The position numbers and the translations under genes were made by a program. A DNA stretch of 57,986 nucleotides, filler included, from Sphacelaria rigidula (lineage: Eukaryota), in assembly GCA_964200075.2 (NCBI GenBank). It is 8 parts of 8 records of this genome, joined end to end, with 100 filler letters (N's around TTAATTAATTAA, not from the genome) between each part and the next. Parts side by side here need not be neighbours in the genome. Positions count along the whole stretch, not along the records: positions 1 to 7,162 come from CAXNAA020016191.1; positions 7,263 to 14,423 come from CAXNAA020016192.1; 6 more parts are not named here. One strand, written 5' to 3'. The notes under the pieces were generated by a model that saw only the letters and a program-made list of their open reading frames with translations, searched no databases and was not told the origin of the DNA. Of the stretch, positions 1 to 12,644 are shown piece after piece. How positions within the stretch are numbered: the stretch's first letter is position 1; every line of letters begins with the position of its first letter.

Positions 1-112
1 AAGAAAAAGTAATCCTAAACGTTCCCGAATCACCCTCGAGTGAGACCACCGGACCAATTTTTATAGAAGGGCATTCCGTTCGACTCGGGAACGTTTAGGA
101 TTACTTTTTCTT
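1..112. repeat. Perfect 28-bp inverted repeat (probable centre of a foldback/MITE cut by the contig start)
   Basis: AAGAAAAAGTAATCCTAAACGTTCCCGA at 1-28 and its exact reverse complement at 85-112. Confidence 0.8.
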
Positions 113-3100
113 TCTGTTCGGAGGAATCCAGGTGATCCCAGATTGAGATCCCCCCCCGAAACCAGGCCAGATTGTCTGGATAGTTTGTGTCCAGGTGTCG
201 ACGTCTGGCCGTTCAGTGTCTTGGCGGTTACAGCCTCGATTTCTGGGCTGGCATCGCAGTGTCATCTGTGTGCACAACTCGTAGCTCAGTGTACAGCGAG
301 GGGGGGGGACACAGCTCGCGCAAGTCACATATTGTCAACGTTATGATGGCCGCTCGGTCAATCAACCTACACTTGTCCCGTCCACAACGCCATCGCGGTT
401 GTCGGGTCGTGAATATAGTCGTCAGTCGAGTCCCGTGCACGGCCGTGATTGTCAGAACCATCCGTCATTGTTCATTTGCAGCCCGTCTCGTTTCTGGCCA
501 TAGCTCATGGTTCACCGAAAATTGAGCGGAGCTTCAGGTATCGACATGTAGAAGGGAAGAGGGTTGTTCCAGCCAAACTGGTTCTGGCCAGAGCGTCACC
601 GTGCTTGTCGTGCTCCTGATCAGGGCCTAGCCAGACACAGCAACAGCGGTGGGGTAAGCTTTGAGGAAATGGGACAATTTTTCGGGTGTAAGGCCCTGTC
701 TTACCGAAGTCACACAAACAGAGTGCGACCGAAAATAAGCATGCTGATTGGTCAACGTTAAACTACCTCGTTCACACGAAAACACGCCGCGGTGCTATCT
801 TCTTGAGGCGGCGGGGCTCTTTGTTCATAAATCATTGTGGAATGTTGTGGCCTATTTGCGGAGACATTTTTGGGCTGTTTAACATCCAGGTGGACATAAA
901 TCAGCGGTCTAGACGCTTGCTGTGGTACACGCCTGTCACACAGCCCGGACCTGAGGCACAAGCACACGACAACTTGTGGCCCCACTATCTCGGGATAGAC
1001 AATGAATAGCTCGAGCCGAAGCTATCGATTAGCCGAGTACGCCTGTTTTTAGCTTCGGTCGATCGGCTCAAAGTTGCACGAGAGACGATGATTTCTGTCA
1101 GATGGGCGCTGTATAGCACACCAACAAGTGATCGGCGACGCCATATCTTGTGAGTAACTTTGCACACGGCCGCCCCAATTCCGACAGCGAAGGGATTGCC
1201 ATGAAGAAGCAGCACTGTGTGTTGATGAGAAAGAGCTACCGCCAAACGTGATGCGCTTGTGTTGTGAGTATCTGTGCGTGTTTGTTCGGGCTGGGGCGCG
1301 TGAGTGTAACGTGTTCAGTCCCGCGTTTCGGCCCCGCCCGTTGAGATTTCTAGACCTGTTTCCGACTGCGTCCAGCGCCTATAGAAAACACCACTCTTCC
1401 GAAAGAGTATGCTTCGCGTTTCCTCGATCGGGACCAAACTGGCTGTTGTGGGCCGACAAGGTGTTGCTCGCTTTTTTCCTTTGGCTTATTTTCTTGTCTC
1501 GATAAGACACAGCCTAACCGTCTTCATGTACCGGTGATGTGTTCGACACCGCCAACCATGTCACGGTCACACTACCAAAGTCCCTTGAGCTTGGTCTAGG
1601 TTCTAGGTGGAAGGGGAACTTGCAAGTTTACCCAAATCAACCGAGTGGTCAAACGTAACATTTTGCAGACCCAGATCGTCTGCCGTAAGACTCGGCCTTA
1701 GGATGTGTCTTGTCGAGACAGGTGACCTCTGTGACCAAATGAGTTGGCAAAAAAATTGTGCCCACAGCGATCTTCGCGGACGCATATTTTTCTGTACAGA
1801 TGCAAGTCACATCTGCACGAGTTCAATCCTGCGGCGGGTTCTAGTCGTGGTCGTTTGTCCAACACTGCTCTGTCGGTAACACCGCTCTGTTGGTGCAGAA
1901 AAGACGCGACAGGGGACACGACACGTGCACACCAAGCTCCCCACGCTCCTCACGGACACGTACAGACACCCCCTACTCACGCGCATTAGCCCCACCGCTA
2001 GTCCTTGCTCCTGAATACACATCGGTCTCCGTTTGACATAAATCCATTCGGTATTCATTGAAGGAGGGGGGGGCGCGTGCGTGCCATTACCAGCCGGAAA
2101 CGGCAAGTGTTTGCACCCCTTCGCGGACTTGTCATTGCTCACCCTCAGGTGTAGGTCTCTTTCGGCGCGCGCCTGACACAATTTCTTGTTTGTCAACGAA
2201 TCCTGGAAAGATTTGACCAGAGCCCAGCACAACGTGCCCAGCTGATCAACGGCTACTGTTCAAGCTGTGGGTTTTTCGTTTGCGGGGCAGTGGGGGTCTC
2301 AGTTCCATGTGTTGTGTAATGCTGTGTGGCTTACCTGTGAATGTGCCCCTTCGGTGGTTACGTCGATGCCCCCCCTGAGCAAACTGATTACTGATGCGCG
2401 CAAATTAATTTCAAGAGCTTCCGAACAAGTGTGTCAAAATCAGCTTGCGCAACCAAACGTACTGGCGGTCTCCTTGGGGGGCGGTATCGGACCGAGCAAT
2501 CACGGGGAGAAAAGAAGAAAGGTAACAGACTTTGAGGGGAAAATGTTTTTCCTGTGTACAGTCGACAGTGCTCAGCATGATATACTAGAGAGTTTCGGAA
2601 TATGTTTTTTCTCATCATGGAGTCAGAGTGCAGAGTGAAAGCTTTGAATTGTCAGAGTTAACACTCAAAAGTTCACTGCGGAAGCTGATGTGACGTGGCC
2701 TGACGTGATTTGTTCTGTCGCAGTGATTTGCCGCAGGTTGCCCCGCCAAATGTACGATCGACCAGCGTCCAGGTCGAAAGTGAACAGGCCGGCACAGCAC
2801 TGATTGTACCGTACCCTGCGGCACCGCACGTACCATACACAACGCTTCACTGTACCTGTTGTACTTCAATCCACTACGGCGCACTACAGGGCACTGTCGT
2901 GCTGTAGTGCTGTGGTGCTGTAGTGCTGTTCGTGCAGTGTGGAGTACAGATAGTGCAATACAGAGAGTGAAACACAGAACCCTACCACAGTGCATTGCGG
3001 TACGGTGAACTAGAGCGATACCTTACAGACAGTCAGTTGTAAAGTAGTACAATACAGTACGCCGCACTTTCAAACGACAGACAAGGCCGCATTGTGATGA

Positions 3101-3544
3101 TTTTTCAACATGCCACCCATAGCGGTGGTACAAGACGCCATGATCTCTAACGGAATGGAAATGCAGCCACGTGTCGTACTGCTTGTGCAAAGCGAATGCA
3201 GATACCATGGCGGCGTCAGGGAGGTCTTCTGATTGCGATGCCAAGCTTGTCTACTTCGTGAATGGCCCATTGTGATGAGCATGGCAGTTGTGATGGATGA
3301 TGGATGTCCCACTTTGCTTTTTACGGTGTACTGATTTTGAGCTGGCCGTGACTGTGGTGGTGAAGGTGGGCGTGGTTCTTTTTCGTTCCGCTATGACCGT
3401 TGAAGAGGAACAACGGGTTTCAGAGTGAAGAGGTGCAAACGGCACTCTGACGCTGAAAAGATCGCTCTCGAAACAAAAACAGAGTGGAATGTACACCGTT
3501 ACTGGCTACTTTTCCCCTCACTCTGACTCCAAGATGGGAAAAAC

Positions 3545-3872
3545 AAGAGGTCGGAAATGGTTATTCTAGCCATTAATCAGTTAAATGGTTACGCGTAGGG
3601 CAACCATGACCCAGTTAAATGGTACATGATGGTCTGGTCATCCAGTGGCGCAACCGCGAGTCAATCGCGCCCCCCCCTCCCGGCAGAGGGAGCCCCGCCG
3701 GAGGCGTCCCCGGAGGGCCCCGCTGGGGGCGCCGGGCCGCAAGCATGTTTTCACGCGATTTGGCTTCACTAGAGATAAAAGATACGTTATCCGAATTTTC
3801 CATATAACCATTACCATTATTACCATTATCGTGGTAATGACCAGTTATAGCTGGTACCATTTCCGAGCTCTA
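3545..3872. mobile_element. hAT-like MITE; second, truncated copy at 36307-36625
   Basis: Ends AAGAGGTCGGAAATGGT ... ACCATTTCCGAGCTCTA form a TIR pair. Flanks GAAAAACA / GAAAAACG resemble an 8-bp TSD. The internal sequence is collinear with 36307-36625. Confidence 0.7.
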
Positions 3873-4563
3873 GAAAAACGTTGTCCGACACTCTTTATTG
3901 TTACGTTTCAGACCCCCCCCCTCCCCTCCCGAAAAAAAACAATCAAGACGCGGTGGAGCAGACGCGACAAAGCACGTAGTCACAGGCACTGTGCACAATT
4001 AAGCTAAATCGAGTACCCTGCAACGTCTCGCGATTAGTATGGTGAAGCGACGTCTGTCGCATCCCTTCATTTGCAACATGAATGTACAGTAATCCCGCGA
4101 AGCCTATTGCAATGGACTGCTCATGATCCGCAGATGGCTTGTGCATATCTTTCTTTTTATTTACAACGTTGCGGAAGAGATTTTGGCATTTGATGTCAGC
4201 ACAGAGGGGAACAGGAAGGAGTGACCAAGGCACATTCTGTAACACCAAGGGTCGAATCGAACAGGATTTTCAAGCCATTTTTTCACATGTCTAGGAATTC
4301 AACGGAAGTGTTCCGTTGAATTCCTAGACATGTAAACACGCCAAACCTTCCGCGATGAAACCCGCATGCTCCCAAAACTATGCATGTTGCCTCAGAAGCA
4401 CAAAAAGCGATGTACCACGACGGCTCAGTTTCCCGCAACGGTCCGCGACAGGGGAGGAGACGGGGCGGGCGTGAACACCAAAATAGCGACAACCTCCACC
4501 CTCCCTCGTCCGATGCCACTCCATTTTCTCCGAAGTGGCAATATTGTACACCCTGTACAACTA

Positions 4564-5158
4564 CGAGCTGGGCCCACTGACAGTGATTTGCGAATGTATC
4601 CGGGCCGGGCGGTGAGTGATCCGAAGCGTTGGGTCCTGAAATCTTGACACAACATTTTCATCATCACTACGTACAACCTTCCCGGGGATGCCAAAAAAAA
4701 ACGAACAGACAGAATGTTAGAGCGATTTGAAGTTTCTGCGAAAACTAGGAAAATGCTATAACTGCGTGAAAATAAAGAAATACAGGGACATATTGAGTGA
4801 AGTTGTGCATCCTTCTGTGGGGGAGGTCCTGGTGCAATTTCGGCCAAAAACTCCAGAACTTTTGCGCAGCATCCTACTTTTCGTGTGGGACGGGTGCCCT
4901 CCTGTGATCCAAGTGATGCAGATGACTCCAGCTATGTAGGTCATGAGTTTGAATCCCGACGGAGTTTTTTTTTGTTCCGTCGGTTACGTGATACATTATG
5001 CAGTACATTTTATTCTTTTTTTGTTATTGAGCGGCGGTCCTGTGCGTTACCACGTTGATCTGCAGGTCACATCGATATACTCAAGTCGAGCTGATTTGGT
5101 AAACTTGATAAGTTATGGTGTGACATGCAAATGCAGGATTTACTGCTGGCTCAGCTCG
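4564..5158. mobile_element. TA-flanked Tc1/mariner-type MITE
   Basis: TA-CGAGCTGGGCC ... GGCTCAGCTCG-TA terminal inverted repeats with TA on both sides; no coding capacity. Confidence 0.65.
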
Positions 5159-5208
5159 TACGACTAACAACCAACTAAGTTAGTTGTTTGTCGCCCAACT
5201 ACCGGCTA

Positions 5209-5969
5209 CGAGCTGGGCAGCCCAAGGAGCTACCAGGAATGTTAAAACGCATATTCTTCGCTCAATTTTGGATCGTTTTTGATGAAATTTTGACACAATG
5301 TACAAGACATATGTGCGAATACTATACCTTCCATCCCCTGTTTTTCTTCATCTTCCTCGTGAGTTACTGGCAGTTTTGTTCCGAAAAACTGTTCTGAAAT
5401 GTTCTGTCGCCAATAACTCACGGAGAAGAGAAAAAAAACACGGGAGGAACGAAGGGGTGTTTGCACATACGTCCGTCCTGTACATTATGTCAAACCTTCA
5501 TCGAAAACGACTGAGTATTGTGCTCGGGAATTGTGCTGCAGCTTGTGCGGAACCACACGGCACAAAACTGACTGTATTCGAAAATCCAGTCTCAGCCGTT
5601 TTCTTTTGGTTAATTCCGCCGCACATAGTACCCTCAACTCTCTACACTTTCGCTCTTGAAAATATGTTGGTATTTTGTTTAACGAGGCTTTGTCGGATCG
5701 CAGTGCTTTTTTTTATGTTCCTTCTTTTCTTCAGAGCGTGTTTCAGTTTCGTTTTTCTTGGGTACGTCTATCATGAGGCCACGGCTGGTCCCCTGAAAGG
5801 TCAGTTGAAGTGCGACAATCCATAAAATAAAAAAAAAGAGTGCTACATGGATTTGAAGACGCGCGCTGATCCGCCGATTATCACGATGTGTTACAGTAGG
5901 CACAACTCGCGATACATCGTCAGTTAGAGCGGTCTGAAGGAAAGTGAGCTTCTCAGGCGGCCCAGCCTG
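5209..5969. mobile_element. TA-flanked Tc1/mariner-type MITE nested in the palindromic array element
   Basis: TA-CGAGCTGGGCAGCCCAAG ... CTCAGGCGGCCCAGCCTG-TA. Its 5' part is collinear with 6926-7162, and removing it rejoins the TAGTTGTTT array. Confidence 0.7.
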
Positions 5970-6205
5970 TAGTTGTTTCGAAGAAACCAGTTGCGCACGA
6001 TTCTAAGATATTAGTTGTTTGGAAACAACTAGTTGCACACGATTCTGAAAGAGTAGTTGTTTGGAAACAACTAGTTGCTCACGATTCTGAGATATTAGTT
6101 ATTTGGAAACAACTAGTTGCGCACGATTCTGCACAGTTAGTTATTTGGAAACACCTAGTTGCACACGATTCTGAACAGTTAGTTGTTTGGTGGCCCGGGT
6201 AGTTG
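5970..6205. repeat. Tandem array of ~42-bp palindrome-containing units (left array)
   Basis: About 5 copies of TAGTTGTTTGGAAACAACTAGTTGCACACGATTCTG plus about 6 variable nt. Confidence 0.9.
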
Positions 6206-6685
6206 TCAACATCGTGGAACAATTACAGTTAGACCGTTGGCTGAGATCGAACTGACGCATGAACATGTGAGCACCCCATGCCCTCACACACAAACACACA
6301 CGAGAGACCGAGCGCACCAAGTGGCAGCTGTGCCACCAGCCGCCCCTACACCAGCACCAGCTGCTTCTACACCAGCATCAGCAGTAGATGGTGGCCAGTA
6401 AACGGGTTTGCGTTTCGATGTCGGAGAGGAACCGTGGTTGATCAAGCCAGTTGGACGTGATGCATACATGAAACAGCAGTAAAGCCTAAACCTTGAACGT
6501 ATCATGCTCGCACCCCGAAAGGCGCATGCCTCTGGTTTGCATCACACCGCATTCCCATGTTTTTTCTTTTGTTCAGGAATAGGTCGGCCTGATCTTTTTG
6601 GCCTGCTCCCTATCCTGCACAGATACGAGTTCACACCACTGCTATGTACAGCGTTTACATTTCCTCCAACTATAGGCAACGGAAG

Positions 6686-6915
6686 TTAGTTGTTTGTCGA
6701 CCAACTGTTAATACCTGGTAGTTGTTTGGAAACAACTAGCTGCACACGATTTCTGAACTAATAGTTGTTTGGGAACAACTAGTCGCGCACGATTCTGAAA
6801 AGTAGGTGTTTGGGAACAACTATTTGCACACGATTCTGGACAGCTAGTTGTTTGGGAACAACTATTTGCGTACGATTCTGAACAGTTAGTTGTTTGAGAA
6901 ACAACTACCAACTAT
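6686..6915. repeat. Tandem array of the same ~42-bp units (right array)
   Basis: About 4-5 further copies in the same orientation as 5970-6205. Confidence 0.9.
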
Positions 6916-6925
6916 TATCGTTGTA

Positions 6926-7162
6926 CAGGCTGGGCCGCCCAAGATGCGAAGAGGAATGTTGGCACGCGAGTCTTGAGCTCAATTTTGAGTCGTATTTGAT
7001 GAAATTTCCGCATGATGTACAGGACGTACGTGCGGAGACCCCCTATTCAACCCCCCCCCCCCCCTCTTCCTGTTTTTTTTTCTTTTCTTTGTTTGTTTTA
7101 AGGGGTTTTTTTCCGGGAAAACTGTTCGGAACTGATCCGTCGCCAATAACCCCCGAAGAAAA
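6926..7162. mobile_element. Truncated MITE, same family as 5209-5969
   Basis: Starts TA-CAGGCTGGGCCGCCCAAG and aligns by eye with 5209-5430; cut by the contig end. Confidence 0.65.
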
Positions 7163-7262
7163 NNNNNNNNNNNNNNNNNNNNNNNNNNNNNNNNNNNNNN
7201 NNNNNNTTAATTAATTAANNNNNNNNNNNNNNNNNNNNNNNNNNNNNNNNNNNNNNNNNNNN
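7163..7262. other. Artificial contig linker (N44-TTAATTAATTAA-N44); identical linkers at 14424-14523, 21685-21784, 28946-29045, 36207-36306, 43467-43566, 50727-50826
   Basis: Identical 100-bp spacer with stops in all six frames. The separated segments are 7162, 7161 (x4) and 7160 (x3) bp, i.e. length-sorted contigs. Confidence 0.98.
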
Positions 7263-8733
7263 AGGGGCGTACTCAAGCAACAAATGGGTACGCCCCTCCC
7301 CCCCCCGCTGGTGATACCGATGCTGCGGCCACCTCCGACGTCACCGCGCGCATTGCCCCGGTCACCCTGGAGGCTTCCATACTGTCGAAGCACGACGTGA
7401 CTAAGGCCGATGCGACGGCCACGATACCTGCGGCTACTGCAGTCGCTCCGAAGGTCGAGATGACGATGAAAGGGACTCCTCCCGTGCCTTCGTGTGCTGT
7501 CCAACTCTTGGCGAAGAGAACGGTTGCCACGCGATTCCTGACGAGGCTGGAACAGGCTAACGCGACGATTCTGTTGGACGCTGCTAGCCTCATGTACCGT
7601 CACGACCCGATGGCGCAAGTAGAGAAGACGGGAGACCGCCTCGATGTTGGTGGCTCAGGTGTCGTGTACCCTCTGCACGCGAGCGGGGGAGGACACAGTA
7701 GCGCTAGCAGGGGCGGTAGTGGCGGCACGGCGGGGCGGCGAGCGCTGACGGTGGCGGTACCTGATCAGTGCTGCTTCGGCAGCGGCTCCGGCGATCATCG
7801 CGTGCTTCGCTGCGACGTGTGCCAAGGTCATTCCGTACATCCCGCGAGTAGTCAAAGCTCGGAGAGGAGTAGCCGCCGCTGCCCCGGCAATCGAAGCTCG
7901 ACGGAAAAGAGGTCTCACACGGGCCATCTCGACAGCGGAATACGCGGTAGCCTCGGCGTCCGCCGAGCGTCTTGCTATCGAGCGTTTCTTTCTTGATCTA
8001 CTTCTGCAGGTAGATTCGGGGTAAAACGCAACAGGTGGGATGGTCAGTGGCATCCCTCAGTTTGGCCCGAGAAGTGTCGGCTGTACTGTAGAACTGGTAC
8101 AGTACACCAACGGTCAGTCGTGGTGGGCTCGTCGGGGTGCAGATCCTGATAGATTTTCACGGCCATTTCGATATTTTCTTGAAATTGTTAGGAATCTGGT
8201 TTCCGTCGATAAGAGTGTGGGGATGTGAGTACCGAGTAATAACTCAAGCGGGGCTCCGAGTAGGATACGCATCGTGGGGGTACACACCCTGGGTTTCCGA
8301 GGCGTTCAGAGTACTCCGGTGTGTAATAGTGGGCACCATCTTCTGCCACAAACACCCCAGGGCACTGCTGCTGTGAGGGCATCTGCTGTCACAACGGTGG
8401 ATACCACCCCAACAATTTCGCGCTCTACCGCTCCCCGCGGACGGCTATTTCCTCGTTCCTTGAGCCACCATGCACCCCCCGTCGAAATCCAACTTAACTG
8501 ATGCATTTTACATACCTATATACAAGATCACTGAATGTTTAGGCTCCTGCGGAGTTCTCCTCGTGAGCTCGGAAATCTCAAAAACGTGGCCTAGACGATG
8601 GCGGATGTGCCCCTGGTTGAATTTGTGTATCCGACATGAAGAACGGGACGGTAGTCATAACCGATTTGGCTCTTTGAGATCTTTCTATGTTGCGTTAACA
8701 TGTATGTAAAATGAATATATTATTTCGGGAGTG

Positions 8734-9360
8734 CATAGGGTAGGGTATGTCCCATGGGGTGTTGTGTGGGCATTCAGGGTACTTCGAACACCCAGGATTC
8801 TGAGAAACGTAGAGTACCGACTGCTTGAAGTACCAAGTACCTTCAGGTGCCTCGGATACCCGCCCCCGATATAACCGGTCCCATACCCGGAATACTCACT
8901 ACAAATATCGTCGTAAAATAGTATTCTAGGGTAACCAGGGCAACCAGGTATGGACCGCCGGAAGTACTGCGTACGTCAGATTGTCCTGGGTATCGACGGT
9001 CGAACGTACGCAGTATTCGAGAATAGTCACAGTATCGACAGCCAGAAACACTCAGTATTCCCGGGTGCCCAGGGTACCCGCCGCCGGAAGTCCCGAGTAT
9101 GTTAGGCCACCTGGGGTATCCGCCCCTCGAAACACCCGGTGAGGCACCTAGTGTACCGAGAACAAGTACTCTCAGCACCCCAGGTGCACAGGGTACCGAC
9201 GGTCAAAATACTCAGTATTTCCAAAGAGCCCACGGTATCGAGTGTAGAAAATACTCGACACTCCCGGGAATCCAAGGTGTTGGCCGTCGAAAATACTCAC
9301 TACTGTAAAGCACCCAGTGTTTCGATCCCCCCCATACCCTGCTTTGTACCCTACCCCCTG
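8734..9360. mobile_element. Old non-autonomous TIR element with GGGTAC/GAGTA-rich degenerate internal repeats
   Basis: CATAGGGTAGGGTA ... TACCCTACCCCCTG (12/14 inverted match). Repeated GGGTA(C/T)C..CG..GAAxTACTC motifs inside. No TSD seen. Confidence 0.5.
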
Positions 9361-10051
9361 GGTGCTCCGACGATATTTTGAAGTATTTGAAGTCGGACTT
9401 ACTGCAATGCTGATCCCATGCTCGGCGATACTTCATGAGGCGGGTACCGAGGGAAAGATCGAGACATCGATCACTCGGGACTGCCAACCCGTCCGGAGGA
9501 AGGGGGGCCGGGTGACAGTACGACGAGCAGCATACGGTCGAGTGATACAGCACATACGCCGCAGGTATCCTCTCATCGCGTCCTCAACAATGCGACGTTC
9601 CGACACTCCTGTGGCGCGTGCAGTTTCTGTGACCGGGCGTAGGTACCAGCACGAGGCGTCATCAGCGGAACAGTGGTATTGTCATCGCCATATTCATAGT
9701 TTACTGTACTTCATGTCTTTGCGGCCAACGTCACCGGCCATCTCTCCGCGGTGAACAAGCAAGTGAGATCAAACTGCCACCGCCCCTCGTCCCTGCGGAA
9801 GTGCCTACCCTATCCCTGACCATTCACTCACGATTGAGGATGAATGGTAACCCTTTTCGCTAGCACGAAGTACGCAGCGAGCAGAACAAGCCATGCCGCT
9901 GCCAAGAAAGACATGTAGGGCATGCCCTGATTTGTGCATGTAGTCCGCGCGCCAAACACGGGGCGGGGTTGAAGGGGGGGGCGGGAGAGGGGATGCACGA
10001 TAGTTACGTTACGAATTCAAGATGAAAAATAATTTATCGTGACCCGAGGAC

Positions 10052-10424
10052 GGTCGCCCCGGTGGCTCGGTGGGTATCCTCGAAACCCTCTGATGGTTGG
10101 GTCGTGGGTTTGAATCTCGGTGCAATCACACGATCTGGGATTTGTTTCCACACAGCGCTCAACAGTCGAGAGCGACGATGTCGTGGGTACATAAAACTTG
10201 ACTTCACTATCGACGGGGGAGAGGGACTGCTGAGCTCTCTCGCAATGAAAACTAAAGGCAAGCACTACAGAAGGAAGGTGGAGTACTGAAACAAATATAA
10301 AAACAGTGATGAAAAGTCCTGTGTTAGCCTTCCTCCTGTGTGACCCAGACTGATGCGCCCACATACACCGAACGGTGCAGACTGGCGTCCAGAATGGATG
10401 GGATGACAGCACACACACACACAC
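10052..10424 (+). mobile_element. tRNA-derived SINE (family A) ending in (CA)n
   Basis: Pol III A-box-like TGGCTCGGTGG and B-box-like GGTTTGAATCT, (CA)n tail, and the same head at 57918-57986. Confidence 0.75.
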
Positions 10425-10525
10425 GACACATACTGTATTCGAGAAAGCGCCGCCAGCAAGGGTGCCGAAGGGTCTACGCTTGGTCGCCTTGGCGCTGCGT
10501 AAAGTATACACATTTTGGGTCGTCT

Positions 10526-11049
10526 CATCTTTTGCGCAGGGACGCCGCAGCAGCAAAATTGAAAACAACAACGAGCTTGACTAGATGGACACGAAGATGG
10601 ACACCAGCGGCGAGGATATGTCGGGCCGACTTTCCATGGTATCAATGAGGGTCCGAACAGTCGTGTTGGGGCGAGGTAGCCACACACTAGCATGTTTTGG
10701 AATGATCGATTGTTCAGTGACTGGTCAGTTTTTTCATTCAGCCACCACATGATGTCCCTGCAGTTCGTTCTCGTTTTCAGTCAGAATTGCCAACATTTGT
10801 ATTTCTTTCCTCAAGGATTGGCGGCTGAGACTCTCTGCTTAGCAGTGCGTTCTAGTCTACACTTAGCTGAGTAGCCAAAATATGTCTGTGTGTGGCCACC
10901 TCACCCCTACCTCATACTTCGGACCGTCATTGATACCACGCAAAGTCGGCCTGACATATCCTCGTCGCTGGTGTCCATCTTCGTGTGCATCTACTGGAGC
11001 TCCCTGTTGGTTTCTATTTCGTTGCTGCGGCGTCCCTACGCAAAAGATG
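10526..11049. mobile_element. MITE/foldback element with ~130-bp terminal inverted repeats
   Basis: 10526-10659 is the imperfect reverse complement of 10918-11049 (e.g. GAAGATGGACACCAGCG / CGCTGGTGTCCATCTTC). Confidence 0.75.
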
Positions 11050-11578
11050 TGTAGCTGAGTCGCGACCTGTTCCCACGTTCCTGCGGTCAGTTCGACCTGT
11101 CACCCGGAGCCTTGGTAAGGACCTGTCAGGTTTGTTTTCCGCGCTTGTTTTCCGAGACCGGTAATATAAATAGTTCTCGCCCTGGCCCCCATTTAGATCT
11201 ACTCTAAATAATCGCTCTTCTTTATTTTTCATGTTCCGCGTTTCCCCCAGCTGTCTTGAACGAGAGTTTCCGTTCAGTCGACCACCCTATTGTGTCCGTC
11301 GGCATCGCGACCATAGCTGAATTCGGAGCCGATCGTTTTGCGGACGACAATCAATCCAGCCAATCAACTTCACAACCATGAGCACAACGGCACGTTGTCG
11401 CACAACTCCGCTGCAGCTGTGCGGCGCCGATCAATGCTCTTGGGCGAATGGCATCAGACCGCAAGACACAAGCACAACTCACAAGGCATACATACAGCGC
11501 TGCTTAACCTTAACAAGTATGTCTTCATGTAACGTCCCAATTGTGAGCGCAGTAGATGCAGATGCAAGTATGACTCAC

Positions 11579-11705
11579 CCGTTTGTGAAGAAGTCTGGTG
11601 ATGGCGTCCGTGCAGATGATGGTCGAGTATTTCACGACGTAGTCAGACTTCGAGGCGAGGATGTTCACCCGATCGTTCAGCATGCTCATCCAGGTCGGAG
11701 TGCAC
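11579..11705 (-). CDS. Isolated internal exon of an unidentified gene (CTPTWMSMLNDRVNILASKSDYVVKYSTIICTDAITRLLHKR)
   Basis: GTGCAG acceptor, CGG|GTGAGT donor, open frame with strongly C/G-ending codons like the recognised genes. Confidence 0.55.
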
Positions 11706-12644
11706 CTGCACGTGTTTGTGCACACCCAGGTTTTGTTGATACTCTACACAATTATTATCATCGAGAAAGGCTACCATTCTCCTTTCCGTTCCGTTCCTTT
11801 CATTTTGTATGATAATATTCAAGTATATTATATTTTGTGTGTGTGGATGGCCTCTCATTCTTGCTGCATCTCCCCGGTTTTCTATCTTTGTCCTTCAGTT
11901 TTCTCGACTTCCTCCAGGCAGCGACTGTTTCCATTTTGTTCACATTTCGTACGTCTATTTTGTGGGTAATGAGCGAGGCTTTTCAGTGACCTCGGCGGTC
12001 AGACCAGTTAACGTGTGATAATCAACCCGATCACTCCATCAATCACTGACATGAAGAGAGTTGGAAAAGAGGAAATGCACGGAACGTTACATCAGGAAGC
12101 GGCTTTTCGCCTCGGTGAGCGGTGCACTCGTAGTGACGACCCGTTGTACGTGATAGGATATAGTGGAGTGATTGCGCCTTCGACAGTAGCGGTACACTTA
12201 ACCGCCACGTATGTTTTGCTCACTCCATAATGCCGCATGCGCAGAGGCGGGTAGTATCATTGACGCAGCAGCGCTACGGCAACGTGTGGCATCCTTCTTC
12301 CAGACTACCTGCGGGTACAGTCTGCCCTGACCGTGATGGGACGCGTGCTACAATCACTATCTATTCGTATCAGCCGCCCTCACATTCCCATTTTGGATCT
12401 GATAATAGGAACGTGGGCATCAAGACAAACAAGGAAATGTGCAAAAAACCATCACCACTGAAAGCTGAGTTTGTGCACCGTAAGAGTGTCTGTCGAGCGT
12501 GCAACGATATCTGACCTGCGGCACGGCTCCGCTGCCAAGGTGCACAACGCATGGCAAGCGCCGGATACCGGGTGTTTGCCAAATAGGAGAGCGTTTGTCG
12601 TATCACAGCTCATATTACACGACGATCGTCCGCCGTCACCTCCG

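Noticed and set aside
5970..6915. CRISPR array with ~36-bp repeats
   Set aside because: The variable part is only ~6 nt and similar among units, and the repeats themselves are degenerate.
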